DNA from: an uncultured Actinomycetes bacterium
GTDB taxonomy: Bacteria > Actinomycetota > UBA4738 > HRBIN12
Length of the DNA: 64,000 bases
Assembly: GCA_963765865.1 (NCBI GenBank)
Contig: CAVXYE010000007.1
Coordinates: 277,923-341,922, forward strand
Reading direction: 5' to 3'
The translations under genes were made by a program, and so were the position numbers. A model generated the notes under the pieces. The model made no database searches. It was not told the DNA's origin and was given only the letters and a program-made list of their open reading frames with translations. Of this stretch, positions 47,608 to 57,751 are shown piece by piece (position 1 is the first letter of the stretch; the number at the start of each line of letters is the position of its first letter).

Positions 47608-48360
47608 GTGAACGTCGTCGTGTGCGCGAAGCTCGTCCCGACCGGCACGCCGACCCTCGGTCCGGATCACCTCGTGGTGCGAAGCGGCGTCGAGGGGATG
47701 CTGGACCCCGGCGACGAGTACGGCTTGGAGCTCGCGCTGCAGCTCACCGAACAGCACGGCGGGGACGTGACCGTCGTCTCGATGGGGCCCGAGGAAGCGG
47801 GACAGGCCCTCCAACGCGCGCTCGCGATGGGCGCTGGCCGCGGGATGCTCGTGAGCGATCCGGCGCTCCGCGGAGCGGACGCGCTCGTGACCGCCCGTGT
47901 CCTCGCCGCGGCGATCGCGACGTATCCCTTCGACCTCGTCGTTGCCGGCGTCGAGTCGACCGACGGGTACACCGGGACGGTGCCGGTGACCGTTGCGGAG
48001 ATCCTCGGGATCGCGAGCGTGACCGCCGTCCGGCGTCTCGAGCCCTCCGACGCAGGGGCCCGCATCGAGCGGATGACCGAGCGCGGATACGACGTCTATG
48101 AGTGCCCGCTCCCCGCCGTCGTGACGGTCACCGCCGGCTCGGTCGAACCGCGGTATCCGAGCCTCAAAGGCATCATGCAGGCGAAGCAGAAGCCGGTCGA
48201 CCGGCCGAGCCTGCAGGACCTCGGACTGTCGGACCTGGCCGCGACACAGACCGTCACCGCGGTGACGGACGCGCCGACCAAGGCCGGCGGCGAGGTCGTG
48301 CACGGTGACGAGGCCGTCGGAAGGATCGCCGACCTCCTCGCCGAGGCGAAGGTGATCTGA
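47608..48360 (+). CDS. etfB: Electron transfer flavoprotein beta subunit
   Basis: 250 aa, MNVVVCAKLVP... GTG start. Confidence 0.9.
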   Translation: MNVVVCAKLVPTGTPTLGPDHLVVRSGVEGMLDPGDEYGLELALQLTEQHGGDVTVVSMGPEEAGQALQRALAMGAGRGMLVSDPALRGADALVTARVLAAAIATYPFDLVVAGVESTDGYTGTVPVTVAEILGIASVTAVRRLEPSDAGARIERMTERGYDVYECPLPAVVTVTAGSVEPRYPSLKGIMQAKQKPVDRPSLQDLGLSDLAATQTVTAVTDAPTKAGGEVVHGDEAVGRIADLLAEAKVI

Positions 48361-48363
48361 ACC

Positions 48364-49326
48364 GTGGCCCGGGCCTGGGTGTACGCGGAGGTCACGCCGG
48401 ATGGCCCGCACCCGGCCGCGCTCGAGCTGCTGACCCACGCCCGGTCGTTCGACGAAGAGCCGGCGGCGATCGCGCTGGGTCCCGGCGCGACCGAGGCGGC
48501 AGCCGAGCTCGGGGCGCACGGCGCCGCCACCGTGTACGCCTCCGACGATCCGGTCTTCACCGAGCATCCCGGGCGGCCGGCCGCCCACGTGCTGGCGGGC
48601 CTGATCGAGGCCGAGACTCCCGACGTCGTCCTGTTCGCGCAGACGTACGACTCGCGTGACGTCGCCGGCCGGCTCCAGGGGAGGATCGGATCGTCCCTCA
48701 TGGGCAACGCCACGAGCATCGCGGATCCGCGACACGCGCGCGCGGAGATCTTCGGCGGCACGAAGATCGTCGACGTCGAGCTCGCCGGGCCGGCGCCGAC
48801 GCTCATCCTCCTGCGGCCGAAGAGCATCGCCGCCGAACCGACGGGTGGCACGGCACGGGTCCTGCCGGTCGACGCCGAGGTGCCCGAGGACGTCCGGGGC
48901 GCGCGGGTCGTGGAGCGCCACGAAGAGACGGCGAGCGGGCCCCGGCTCGAGGACGCGAAGGTGGTCCTGGCCGGGGGGCGCGGATTGGGTGGGCCCGACG
49001 CGTTCGCGATGCTCGACGAGCTGGCGAGCGCGATCGGCGGCGCGGCCGTCGGTGCCTCTCGCGCCGCCGTCGACGCCGGGTGGGTGCCGTACAGCTACCA
49101 GATCGGGCAGACGGGCAAGACCGTCAAGCCCGAGGTCTATCTCGCCGCCGGGATCAGCGGCGCCTTGCAGCACATCGTGGGGATGAAGGGCGCGAAGCGG
49201 ATCGTCGCGATCAACAAGGACGCGGACGCTCCGCTCCTCGCGATGGCCGACCTCGGCGTGGTCGGCGACCTGTTCCAGGTGCTCCCCGCCCTCACGGAGG
49301 AGATCCGCCGACGCAAAGGCTCCTGA
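48364..49326 (+). CDS. etfA: Electron transfer flavoprotein alpha subunit
   Basis: 320 aa. FAD-binding C-terminal domain (AAGISGALQHIVGMKGAKRIVAINKD). Confidence 0.9.
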   Translation: MARAWVYAEVTPDGPHPAALELLTHARSFDEEPAAIALGPGATEAAAELGAHGAATVYASDDPVFTEHPGRPAAHVLAGLIEAETPDVVLFAQTYDSRDVAGRLQGRIGSSLMGNATSIADPRHARAEIFGGTKIVDVELAGPAPTLILLRPKSIAAEPTGGTARVLPVDAEVPEDVRGARVVERHEETASGPRLEDAKVVLAGGRGLGGPDAFAMLDELASAIGGAAVGASRAAVDAGWVPYSYQIGQTGKTVKPEVYLAAGISGALQHIVGMKGAKRIVAINKDADAPLLAMADLGVVGDLFQVLPALTEEIRRRKGS

Positions 49327-49355
49327 GCGCCCTCGCCCTCGCGGCCGTCCTGACC

Positions 49356-51308
49356 GTGGCGGTCACCCTGTTCTGGAAGCGCGCCCGCGCGCGGCTCGAC
49401 GTCCTGCGCGCGGCGCGGCCCGCCGCGCGCACGGACCACCCCGGCGCGCGGGCGCGCCGGGAGCTCTCCCACGTGCTCGGGCAGCGCAAGCTCTTCCAGA
49501 AGGCCGCCCCCGGCGTGATGCACGCGTTCATCTTCTGGGGCTTCCTCGTCCTGTTGCCCACGATCGTCGAGGCGATGCTCGCGGCGATCGACCCCCACTG
49601 GACGCTCCCCTACCTCGGCCACGTGGCGTGGTTCGCGTTCCTCCAGGATCTCTTCGCGATCCTCGTGGTCCTCGGCGTCGCGATCGCGTTCACGATCCGC
49701 AAGGTCCAGCGGCCGGACCGGTTCCGTGGCTCGCACATGGAGGAGGCGGACCGGATCCTGCTCGCGATCCTCGGGATCGTCACGACGTTGTTGCTGTGGA
49801 ACGCGAGCCGGATCGCGCTCGGGTTCGCGGATCATCCCGCCGCCGCGCCGGTCGCCGACGCGCTCTCCGGCCTGTTCGGTGGCGGCCGAGGCACGGAGGT
49901 GGCCGAGCGCGTCCTGGTGTGGTCACACCTGCTGATCGTCTTGGGGTTCCTCACCTACCTGCCGCGGTCGAAGCACCTGCACATCATCACGGCGGCCCCG
50001 AACGTCTATCTCGCGAAGAACCAACCTCGCGGCTACCTCGAGCCGCTCCGGATCGACCTCGAGGGAGCGGATGCGGACGTGCGGCTCGGCGCGTCGGTCG
50101 CGACCGACCTCTCGCGCAAGCAGGTGCTGGATCTCTTCTCGTGCACGGAGTGCGGTCGCTGCCAGGAGGTCTGCCCGGCCTGGGACACGGGGAAGGCGCT
50201 CTCGCCGAAGCTGCTGATCATGGATCTCCGCGACCAGGTGGCGAACGAAGCCCCGCTGATCACCGCGGGCGGCGCGGGGATCGTCGAGCTGCAGCCCCTC
50301 GTCCCGAACGCGGTCGCCGATCAGGTGGTCTGGGACTGCGTGACGTGCGGCGCGTGCGTCCGCGAATGTCCGGTCGACATCGAGCACGTCGACACGATCG
50401 TCGATCTTCGTCGGAACCTCGTGATGGCCGAGTCGCGGTTCCCGCGTGAGGCCGAGGCGATGCTCCGCGGGGTCGAGACGGCCGAGAACCCGTGGGGCCA
50501 GCCGGCGAGCGCGCGCACCGACTGGACGGCTCCCGTCGAGGACATCCGCGTGCTGCAACCGGGCGACCCGGCGCCCGAGGTCCTGTTCTGGGTGGGGTGC
50601 GCGGGTGCTTTCGACGAACGCGCCCAACGGACCACCCAGAGCATCGCTCGGCTGCTGACGGCAGCCGGTGTCGACTTCGCGATCTTGGGACCGCGCGAGC
50701 GGTGCACCGGCGATCCGGCTCGCCGGATGGGCCACGAGTACCTGTTCCAGATGCTGGCGGAGGCCAACGTCGAGACCCTGAACGGCGCGGGCGTGACGAA
50801 GATCGTCGCCAGCTGCGCCCATTGCTTCAATACGCTCGCGAACGAGTATCCCGACTACGGCGGAACGTACGAGGTCGTGCATCACACCGAGCTGCTGTCG
50901 GCGCTGGTGGCCGAGGGGCGGCTCGCCCCGAAGCCTGCCGGTGATGGGGGCTCCGTCACCTACCACGACGCGTGTTACCTCGGCCGCCACAACGGGCGCT
51001 TCGACGCTCCCCGCGACGTGGTCCGCGCCGCCGGCGCCGCAGCGATCGAGATGCCTCGGAACCGCGAGCGCGCCTTCTGCTGCGGCGCCGGCGGCGCCCG
51101 GATGTGGATGGAGGAGACCGAGGGAACGCGCATCAACGACACGCGCTTCGCGGAGGCGAAGGCGACGGGTGCCGACACGGTCGCGACGGCGTGTCCGTAC
51201 TGCTTCGTGATGCTCGACGACGCAGCCAAGGCGGCAGGGTCGGAGGTCCGTGTCGCCGACGTCGCAACGCTCTTGGCCGAAGCCACGCTCTCGGGAGCCA
51301 CCGACTGA
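49356..51308 (+). CDS. Membrane-anchored (Fe-S)-binding oxidoreductase with 4Fe-4S dicluster and CCG domains (EtfD/GlpC/HdrD-like ETF-linked dehydrogenase)
   Basis: N-terminal TM helices. CTECGRCQEVCP and CVTCGACVRECP ferredoxin motifs. Two CCG-type Cys-rich domains. The start is uncertain (GTG at 49356, or CTG at 49323 overlapping the etfA stop). Confidence 0.7.
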   Translation: MAVTLFWKRARARLDVLRAARPAARTDHPGARARRELSHVLGQRKLFQKAAPGVMHAFIFWGFLVLLPTIVEAMLAAIDPHWTLPYLGHVAWFAFLQDLFAILVVLGVAIAFTIRKVQRPDRFRGSHMEEADRILLAILGIVTTLLLWNASRIALGFADHPAAAPVADALSGLFGGGRGTEVAERVLVWSHLLIVLGFLTYLPRSKHLHIITAAPNVYLAKNQPRGYLEPLRIDLEGADADVRLGASVATDLSRKQVLDLFSCTECGRCQEVCPAWDTGKALSPKLLIMDLRDQVANEAPLITAGGAGIVELQPLVPNAVADQVVWDCVTCGACVRECPVDIEHVDTIVDLRRNLVMAESRFPREAEAMLRGVETAENPWGQPASARTDWTAPVEDIRVLQPGDPAPEVLFWVGCAGAFDERAQRTTQSIARLLTAAGVDFAILGPRERCTGDPARRMGHEYLFQMLAEANVETLNGAGVTKIVASCAHCFNTLANEYPDYGGTYEVVHHTELLSALVAEGRLAPKPAGDGGSVTYHDACYLGRHNGRFDAPRDVVRAAGAAAIEMPRNRERAFCCGAGGARMWMEETEGTRINDTRFAEAKATGADTVATACPYCFVMLDDAAKAAGSEVRVADVATLLAEATLSGATD

Positions 51309-51328
51309 GCGGCATTACACTCGCCGGG

Positions 51329-52047
51329 ATGAAGCCGATCCTGCTCGTTCGTTGCGACGCGTTCGAGACCTACGGCGTCGCCCCCTCCGCCCTCGGAGCG
51401 GCGGGAGCGACGACGCGGATCTGGGACGCCACGGACCCCGCCGAGGAACGACCGAACCTCGGAGACGTGTCCGGCGTCGTGCTGTTCGGCAGCACCTCGA
51501 ACGTCGAACAGGCGGACGAGCGACCGTTCATCAAAGAGGTCGCCGATCTGACGCACGAGGCCGTCGAACGCGGCGTGCCGTTCCTCGGCCTGTGCTTCGG
51601 GGCGCAGGTGCTGGCGTGGGCGCTCGGCGCGGACGTGATCAAGGCGCCGGTCCGCGAGCTCGGCTTCGAGCCGATCCGAACGCTCGCTGCGGCGGCCGAT
51701 GACCCGGTGCTCAGCCACTACGCGGACGGCGACCCGGTGTTCCACTGGCACGAGGACACGTTCGAGCTCCCCCGGACGCGACGCTCCTGGCCACCGGTGA
51801 GGCGGTCCCGAATCAGGCCTACCGGGTCGGCGAGACGGCGTGGGCGACCCAGTTCCACGCAGAGGTCGACGCCGTGGAAGCCGAGATGTGGGTCACCGAA
51901 GCGAGCGCCCAGCAGGATCTGGAGGAGGCGTGGGGCAAGTCCCCCGCGCGGGTGCGTGAAGAGATCCGGCTCCACATGGCCGGTCACGAGCGCCGCGGCC
52001 GCGAGACGTTCCGGCGGTTCGTCGAGGTCGCGCGGGAGCGGTCATGA
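51329..52047 (+). CDS. Class I glutamine amidotransferase-like paralogue with an apparent -1 frameshift in a C5 run (51769-51773)
   Basis: Frame 1 reads MKPILLVRCD...HWHEDTFELP. The continuation ...DATLLATGEAVPNQAYRVGETAWATQFHAEVD... is in the -1 frame, colinear with the paralogue at 41771. Confidence 0.6.
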
Positions 52048-53346
52048 CCTACCGCCCGCTCGTCGCGGTCGTCGCGTACCACCTCGGGGACGATCGTGTC
52101 GCCCGCTGGCCCCACGGCGGATACGGCGTCCCCGGCCCGTACATCGAGTGCCTGCGCCGCGCCGGAGCCAGGACGGCGATCGTCTCCCCCGGCGAGGACG
52201 GCGCCCCCGAGGAGCTCCTCGAACCCTTCGATGGGCTCCTCCTCGTGGGCGGCGGCGACATCGATCCGGCCCGATACGGGGGCGATCCCCGCGACGGCCA
52301 CCTGTACGGGGTCGAGCCCGATCGCGATGAGCTGGAGATCCAGCTGCTCCAGGCGGCGGACCGTTTGCGCGTGCCGACGCTCTGCATCTGTCGCGGGATG
52401 CAGGTCATGAACGTGGCGTTCGGGGGCACGTTGCATCCCCACCTGCCCGACCTGCCCGGGATGGTCCAGCACGGCGTCCCGGTCCTCGACACGCAGACCC
52501 TCCACGACATCGGGGTCGAGCACGCGAGCCGGCTGTTCGCGACCACGAAGGTTTCCACGCTGGCGGCGTCCTCGCACCACCATCAGGGGGTCGACCGTGT
52601 CGGGGGCGGACTGCTCGTGTCCGGTCGGACGTCCGACGGCCTCGTGGAGGCGATCGAACGCGACCACGACCTGGACGCCGACTGGGAGCGGTGGATGGTC
52701 GGGGTGCAGTGGCACCCCGAGGACACGGCCAACGACGACCCCGCCCAACAGGCACTCTTCGACGGTCTCGCGCTCCTCGCGAGGGTGCGCGGCTCGAAGG
52801 CCGAGCATCACGGCGTCGGCCGGACGCGCGCGTATTCGATCGTGCAGCCGGACCCGGCCTGGCCGGAGCGTTTCGAGCAGGAAGCCGCTCGCGTCCGGGT
52901 CGCCCTCGGAGCTCAGGTCGTCCGGATCGAGCACATCGGCTCGACCTCGGTCCGGGGGCTTCCGGCCAAGCCCATCATCGACATCTCCGTCGGGCTCGCC
53001 TCGATGGAGCCCCGAGGTGCGTACGTGCCGGCGTTGCGACGGTCTGGGGTACCGAACGGTCTTGGATCCCTGCGACCCCGACCACGAGTTCGCCAGCCTC
53101 GATCTGGACGGCGAGCGGCGCTTCCACGTGCATCTCTGCCTGGCCGGGAGCCGGTTCGAACGCAGGCACCTCGCCTTCCGGGACTGGCTCCGAACGCATC
53201 CGGAGGACGCCGCCGCCTACGGGGAGCTCAAGCGAGAGCTCGCGGCAACGCATCCGAACGACGTCCATACCTACACCGAGGCGAAGACCGGGTTCATCCG
53301 ATCGATCGAAGCGCAGGCGCTCGCCGCCGCCTCCGGAGCGGTCTGA
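52044..53346 (+). CDS. PuuD-like gamma-glutamyl hydrolase (peptidase C26 / class I GATase) fused in frame to a GrpB-family domain; +1 frameshift at a GGGG run (53046-53049) inside the GrpB part
   Basis: The PuuD part (CICRGMQVMN, HHHQGVDRVGGG, WHPE) ends near residue 250. The GrpB N-terminus (YSIVQPDPAWPERF...IEHIGSTSVRGLPAKPIIDI) follows with no start codon of its own. The GrpB C-terminus (LGYRTVLDP...HVHL...) is in the +1 frame (ORF 52597..53346). Confidence 0.55.
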
Positions 53347-53601
53347 GCGGTCGGAGAGAGGACTAGTCAGTTCGGCCCGATACCTGGATAATCCCCGCCA
53401 TCGCACGGGGCGGTGGTCCGGACGGATCACGGCTCCTCGGCACGGGAGGGCACGTATCCACGGTCGAGCGCGCTCGTTGGCGGATGATCTCCGGCGTAGA
53501 CCGGGTCACCAGTCGTGGCACCGATGCGCGGCCGACACCGAACCGATGACCGGGCCGAAGGATAGGCTCACCCTCGGCGTGCGCGACGAGGCTCGGGAAC
53601 G

Positions 53602-54705
53602 GTGAGCGAGATCCGGGTCGTCCACGCCCGCGGAGACGGTTTCTCCCGCGGGATGCAGGTGGGCGCGGAGCTCCAGGACCTGATCCAGGACTCGATCTCC
53701 TTCTACCACCGGTACCTCGACCGACGTGGCGTGTCGTCGGAGCAGCTCCAGGACCTCCTCACGCCCTACCTGCTGGCGGCGGAAACCGCCTACCCGGACA
53801 TGATGAACGTCCTCAAAGGGATGTCGGTCGCGGCGCTCGTTCCCGTCCTCGAGCTGTTCGCGATCAACGCCTTCGAAGAGCTCGAGCCCCTCCTGGAGTC
53901 TCCGGAAGGCGAGCTCCTCTTCCTCCAGAAGAAGGAGGGGTACACCCAGCGTCCCGCGGCTCCCGATCGATGCTCGAGCATCTCGGTCCGGACGCCGGAC
54001 GGGGGAACCCTGCTGGCGCACAACGAGCACTGGCTCGCCGGCGATGCCGGAAACGTCGCCGTGGTCGTGGACCACCCCGCAGACGGACGTGTCTCGGTCG
54101 CGAGCCCCACGGTCGTCTGCTGCCTGCCGGCGGTCGGCGTCAACGGGCACGGGGCCGCGCAGGGGATCGGCTCCCTCACCGCCTCCGACGACGGGGTCGG
54201 CGTGCCTCGGGTCCTGGTCTCGCGGAGCTCCCTCGAGGCGAGGGACCGTCGGGACGCGGTGGCTCGCGGCGCGATGCCCGGGCGGGCCGGCGGCTACGGT
54301 CATGTCTTCGCGTTCGCGGACGGCGACTGCTTCACCCTCGAGACCTCCGGGCGCGAGCACCGGCTGGTCGATGGAGCCGCGCCGCACACGAACCACTACC
54401 GGAGCGACCTGGCCGAGTTGGCCCCCGAGCCGTCGGAGGGCTCGGTCGCACGGTTGCGGCGGCTCCTGGAGCTCGTTGAGGAGGAAGCGCCGACCTCCGC
54501 CGAGGACCTGATGACGATCATGCGCGACCACAGCTCGGCGCCGCAGTCGATCTGCCTGCATCCGGACCCGAACGAGGGCGACGAGGCCTCGGCGGTCATG
54601 TTCTCGATGGTGGCCGACCTGGGAGCGAGACGGATGTGGGTCGCCCTGGGAAACCCCTGCGAGCACGAGTACGAGAGCATCGACATCGCGGAGCTGTCGG
54701 CGTGA
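53602..54705 (+). CDS. Peptidase C45 family (acyl-CoA:6-APA acyltransferase-like, autoproteolytic Ntn) protein
   Basis: 367 aa. Candidate processing site DRCSSISV. GTG start. Confidence 0.7.
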   Translation: MSEIRVVHARGDGFSRGMQVGAELQDLIQDSISFYHRYLDRRGVSSEQLQDLLTPYLLAAETAYPDMMNVLKGMSVAALVPVLELFAINAFEELEPLLESPEGELLFLQKKEGYTQRPAAPDRCSSISVRTPDGGTLLAHNEHWLAGDAGNVAVVVDHPADGRVSVASPTVVCCLPAVGVNGHGAAQGIGSLTASDDGVGVPRVLVSRSSLEARDRRDAVARGAMPGRAGGYGHVFAFADGDCFTLETSGREHRLVDGAAPHTNHYRSDLAELAPEPSEGSVARLRRLLELVEEEAPTSAEDLMTIMRDHSSAPQSICLHPDPNEGDEASAVMFSMVADLGARRMWVALGNPCEHEYESIDIAELSA

Positions 54706-54767
54706 GGGCGCCGGTCGGGTGCCGTGCTGTCGACAGGTCGACCGGCGATAGCTCAGCCGGATGTCTG

Positions 54768-54777
54768 CGTTGCAACG
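54768..54777. promoter_or_regulatory. Perfect 10-bp palindrome CGTTGCAACG upstream of the peptide ABC operon
   Basis: Lies 53 nt upstream of the ATG at 54830. A second imperfect repeat GTCGACAGGTCGAC sits at 54730-54743. Confidence 0.3.
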
Positions 54778-54829
54778 TAAGAACCGTAGAAGCCATGATC
54801 CAGGAGCCCGGGGAGAGAGAGGAGTCGGC

Positions 54830-56746
54830 ATGTTGGACCGCAAGAGGGCAGTGAGAACGCCGCGTCTCGGTTCGACCATCGTGGCCACGTGCATCGTGAT
54901 GGCCACCTTGGTGGGACCCGCGTTCGCACAGTCCACGACACCCTCGGGCAGCGCGACGTCCTCCAGCGGCGCACCGGTCACCTTCACCTTCGCCGACACG
55001 AGCACACCGGACTCACTCAATCCCCTCGTCGGTTACCTGGGGACCGACTACACCCTGTGGGCCATCAACTACGACCTCCCGATCAACTGGAGTACCCAGG
55101 ACTTCAGCCCGGACTTCGACCACTCGTTGGTGACGAGCGTGGACGCGAGCCCCGACGGCCTGACCTCCACGTATCACCTCCGTCCGGGAGTGCTCTGGTC
55201 CGACGGCCAGCCATTCTCCTCAGAGGATGTCGCGTGGACGCTCAACTACTACCTCGATAACAACGTTCCCAACTACTCGTCGGACCTTGCCCTGGTCGAC
55301 AAGGTGACGGCGACCGACCCGAACACGTTCGTCATCACCTCCACCCAGCCGACATCCTTCTATTCCGGCGCGTCGGTCTTCCTGTACGAGTACATCCTCC
55401 CGAAGCACATCTGGAGCAAGTACCAGAACGACTACAACGGTGCTCGTCACGTCACCGATATGGAGACGCTGGGCGTCGGTACGGGCCCGTTCAACTTCAC
55501 GAAGTACGTGAAGGGCCAGTACGTCGAGCTTGACCGCAACCCGAACTATTGGGGCAACGCCGTTGGGCTCACGCCTCAGGTGGACAGGATCATCTACCGC
55601 ATCTACAACAACGAAGACGCCGAAGCCGCGGGGCTGACCAACGGTGAGATCGACTTCGGCTACTTCGACTCGGCGAACATCCTGAACACCCTCAAGACGA
55701 AGCCGGGGATCTCCGCTCGAGGCGCCGTCATCCCGAGCTTCGACGAGATCGGATTCAACACGGGCTCGGCGTATCAGACGGACAAGACGGGCGGGTTCAG
55801 CCCACACGGGGATGGAGCACTCGCGCTGACCGACTACCGCGTGCGGGAAGCGATGCGGATGGCGATCGATAGCCAAACCCTCGTGGACAAGGTGCTTCTC
55901 GGATACGGTTCACCCGGGATATCGCCGGTCCAACCCACCGCAACGACCGGTAACTGGCAACCCGGTCCGAACGACCCGGATCTTTCGTTCAGCATCGCCA
56001 ACGCCAACGCTCTCTTGGATCAGGCCGGGTACACGATGGGGCCGGACAACGTCCGGATCGACCCGAAGTCCGGCAAGCCGCTCGAGTTCCGCTACTACAC
56101 ACGCGAGTCGGACGAGACGACGATCAAGACGGCACCGTACGTCAAGGACTGGCTGTCGCAGATCGGCATCAAGGTCGACGTGCAGACCATCACGAGCGAC
56201 AAGCTGTCGACCTACCAGGTGGCCGGGACCTACGACCTCTACGACTGGGGTTGGTATCCGAACCCCGACCCGAACTACATCCTCGGCATCTTCACCTGTG
56301 CCGAGCGTCCGCCGGATGCCGACACCTACCGGAACAGCGACAGCTACTACTGCAACCCCGCGTACGACAAGCTGTACAAGCAGCAACAGACCGAGATCGA
56401 CCCCGCGAAGCGCGCTGACATCGTTCATCAGATGCAAGCGATCCTCTGGAAGGATTCGCCGTACGTGGTCAAGTGGAACGGCGCGCTGCTGGAGGCGTAC
56501 CGCAGCGACCGGTGGACCGGGTTCCAGCCGCAGCCGACAGGAGATACCGGCGATCTGCTCGCCACGTATGGGCCGCTGTCCTTCGTCAGCGTCCGTCCGA
56601 TCGCAGGAGCCGAAACCGCGGGGAGCTCGGGTTCGAAAGGTCTCTCTGCCGCGGTGTGGATCGGGATCGGGGTCGTGATCGTGCTCATCGTGGGCGCGTT
56701 CGTCGTGGGGCGGCGACGCGGCGTCAGCGACGAGGATCAAGCGTAG
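54830..56746 (+). CDS. ABC transporter substrate-binding protein, family 5 (Opp/Dpp/Nik-type), with N-terminal signal peptide and an unusual C-terminal TM anchor
   Basis: ORF 54761..56746, trimmed to the ATG at 54830 (SD GAGAGGAG). Signal peptide ends at AFAQ. C-terminal ...SSGSKGLSAAVWIGIGVVIVLIVGAFVVGRRRGVSDEDQA. Confidence 0.8.
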   Translation: MLDRKRAVRTPRLGSTIVATCIVMATLVGPAFAQSTTPSGSATSSSGAPVTFTFADTSTPDSLNPLVGYLGTDYTLWAINYDLPINWSTQDFSPDFDHSLVTSVDASPDGLTSTYHLRPGVLWSDGQPFSSEDVAWTLNYYLDNNVPNYSSDLALVDKVTATDPNTFVITSTQPTSFYSGASVFLYEYILPKHIWSKYQNDYNGARHVTDMETLGVGTGPFNFTKYVKGQYVELDRNPNYWGNAVGLTPQVDRIIYRIYNNEDAEAAGLTNGEIDFGYFDSANILNTLKTKPGISARGAVIPSFDEIGFNTGSAYQTDKTGGFSPHGDGALALTDYRVREAMRMAIDSQTLVDKVLLGYGSPGISPVQPTATTGNWQPGPNDPDLSFSIANANALLDQAGYTMGPDNVRIDPKSGKPLEFRYYTRESDETTIKTAPYVKDWLSQIGIKVDVQTITSDKLSTYQVAGTYDLYDWGWYPNPDPNYILGIFTCAERPPDADTYRNSDSYYCNPAYDKLYKQQQTEIDPAKRADIVHQMQAILWKDSPYVVKWNGALLEAYRSDRWTGFQPQPTGDTGDLLATYGPLSFVSVRPIAGAETAGSSGSKGLSAAVWIGIGVVIVLIVGAFVVGRRRGVSDEDQA

Positions 56747-56780
56747 GACTGGACGTCACGAGAAGGCGGGGCAGGCGAGG

Positions 56781-57750
56781 GTGAGCACGCGGAGGTACCT
56801 CTTCTCCAAGATCGCGCAAGCGTTCCTCACCCTCGCCTTCGTCCTGGCGTTCAACTTCTTCCTCTTCCGCGGGCTCGGCGATCCCGTGTCGTTGCTGCTC
56901 CACGGACACGCATCGCTCACCCCGAGCGCGATCGCAGACCTCAAGCAGCAGCTCGGGCTGGACCTTCCCCTCCCGCAACAGTTCCTCCACTACATCAACG
57001 AGACCCTCCACGGGAACCTCGGGTACGCCTACGACGGCACCCCGGTCTCGACCGTCATCGCGTCGAAGGCATGGCCGACGCTGCTGCTCATCGGCCTCTC
57101 GACGATCGCATCGATCGTGATCGGCATCTGGGTCGGGATCAAGCAGGGATGGAAGCGCGGCACCGGGTTCGATCAAAGCATGCTCGGGGTCACGCTGGTC
57201 CTCTACTCGATGCCCGAGTTCTGGTTCGGGCTGCTGATGATCATGCTCTTCGCGGTGACGTTCCAGATCTTCCCCACGGGGGGGATGACGACGCCCGGCG
57301 CCGACTACACGGGCGCTGAAGCACGTCGCCGATGTCATGAATCACATGGCCCTGCCCTTCTTCGTGTTGACGGTTGCGTATCTCGCCGAATACTCCATCA
57401 TCATGCGTTCCTCATTGCTGGAGACGCTCGGGGAGGACTTCATCACGACGGCTCGCTCCAAAGGCATGATGGAGAAGCGGGTCCTCTACCGGCACGCGGT
57501 GCCGAACGCGCTGCTGCCGACGATGACCGTCACGATCCTCTCGCTGGGATTCGTGATCTCGGGGGCGATCACGATCGAGATCATCTTCAGCTGGCCGGGT
57601 CTCGGCCTCGAGACGTACAACGCGATCCTGAACAAGGACTACTCGATGCTCCAGGGGCTGTTCCTGCTGTTCAGTGCCGCCGTGATCTTCGCGAACCTCG
57701 TCGCCGACCTCCTCTACTCGTACCTCGATCCACGAGTGAGAGCGGCGTGA
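56781..57750 (+). CDS. ABC transporter permease (DppB/OppB-like) with an apparent frameshift near 57312-57318
   Basis: Frame 1 reads ...FPTGGMTTPGADYTG. The continuation ALKHVADVMNHMALPFFVLTV...EAA motif region is in ORF 57337..57750. Confidence 0.7.
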
Positions 57751-57751
57751 C

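Noticed and set aside
53347-53601. 255-nt intergenic region of lower GC upstream of the C45 gene, with a TGGATAAT -10-like element and short imperfect hairpins
   Set aside because: No convincing riboswitch, tRNA or sRNA structure could be supported by eye. Probably just the promoter and 5' UTR of the C45/ABC operon.
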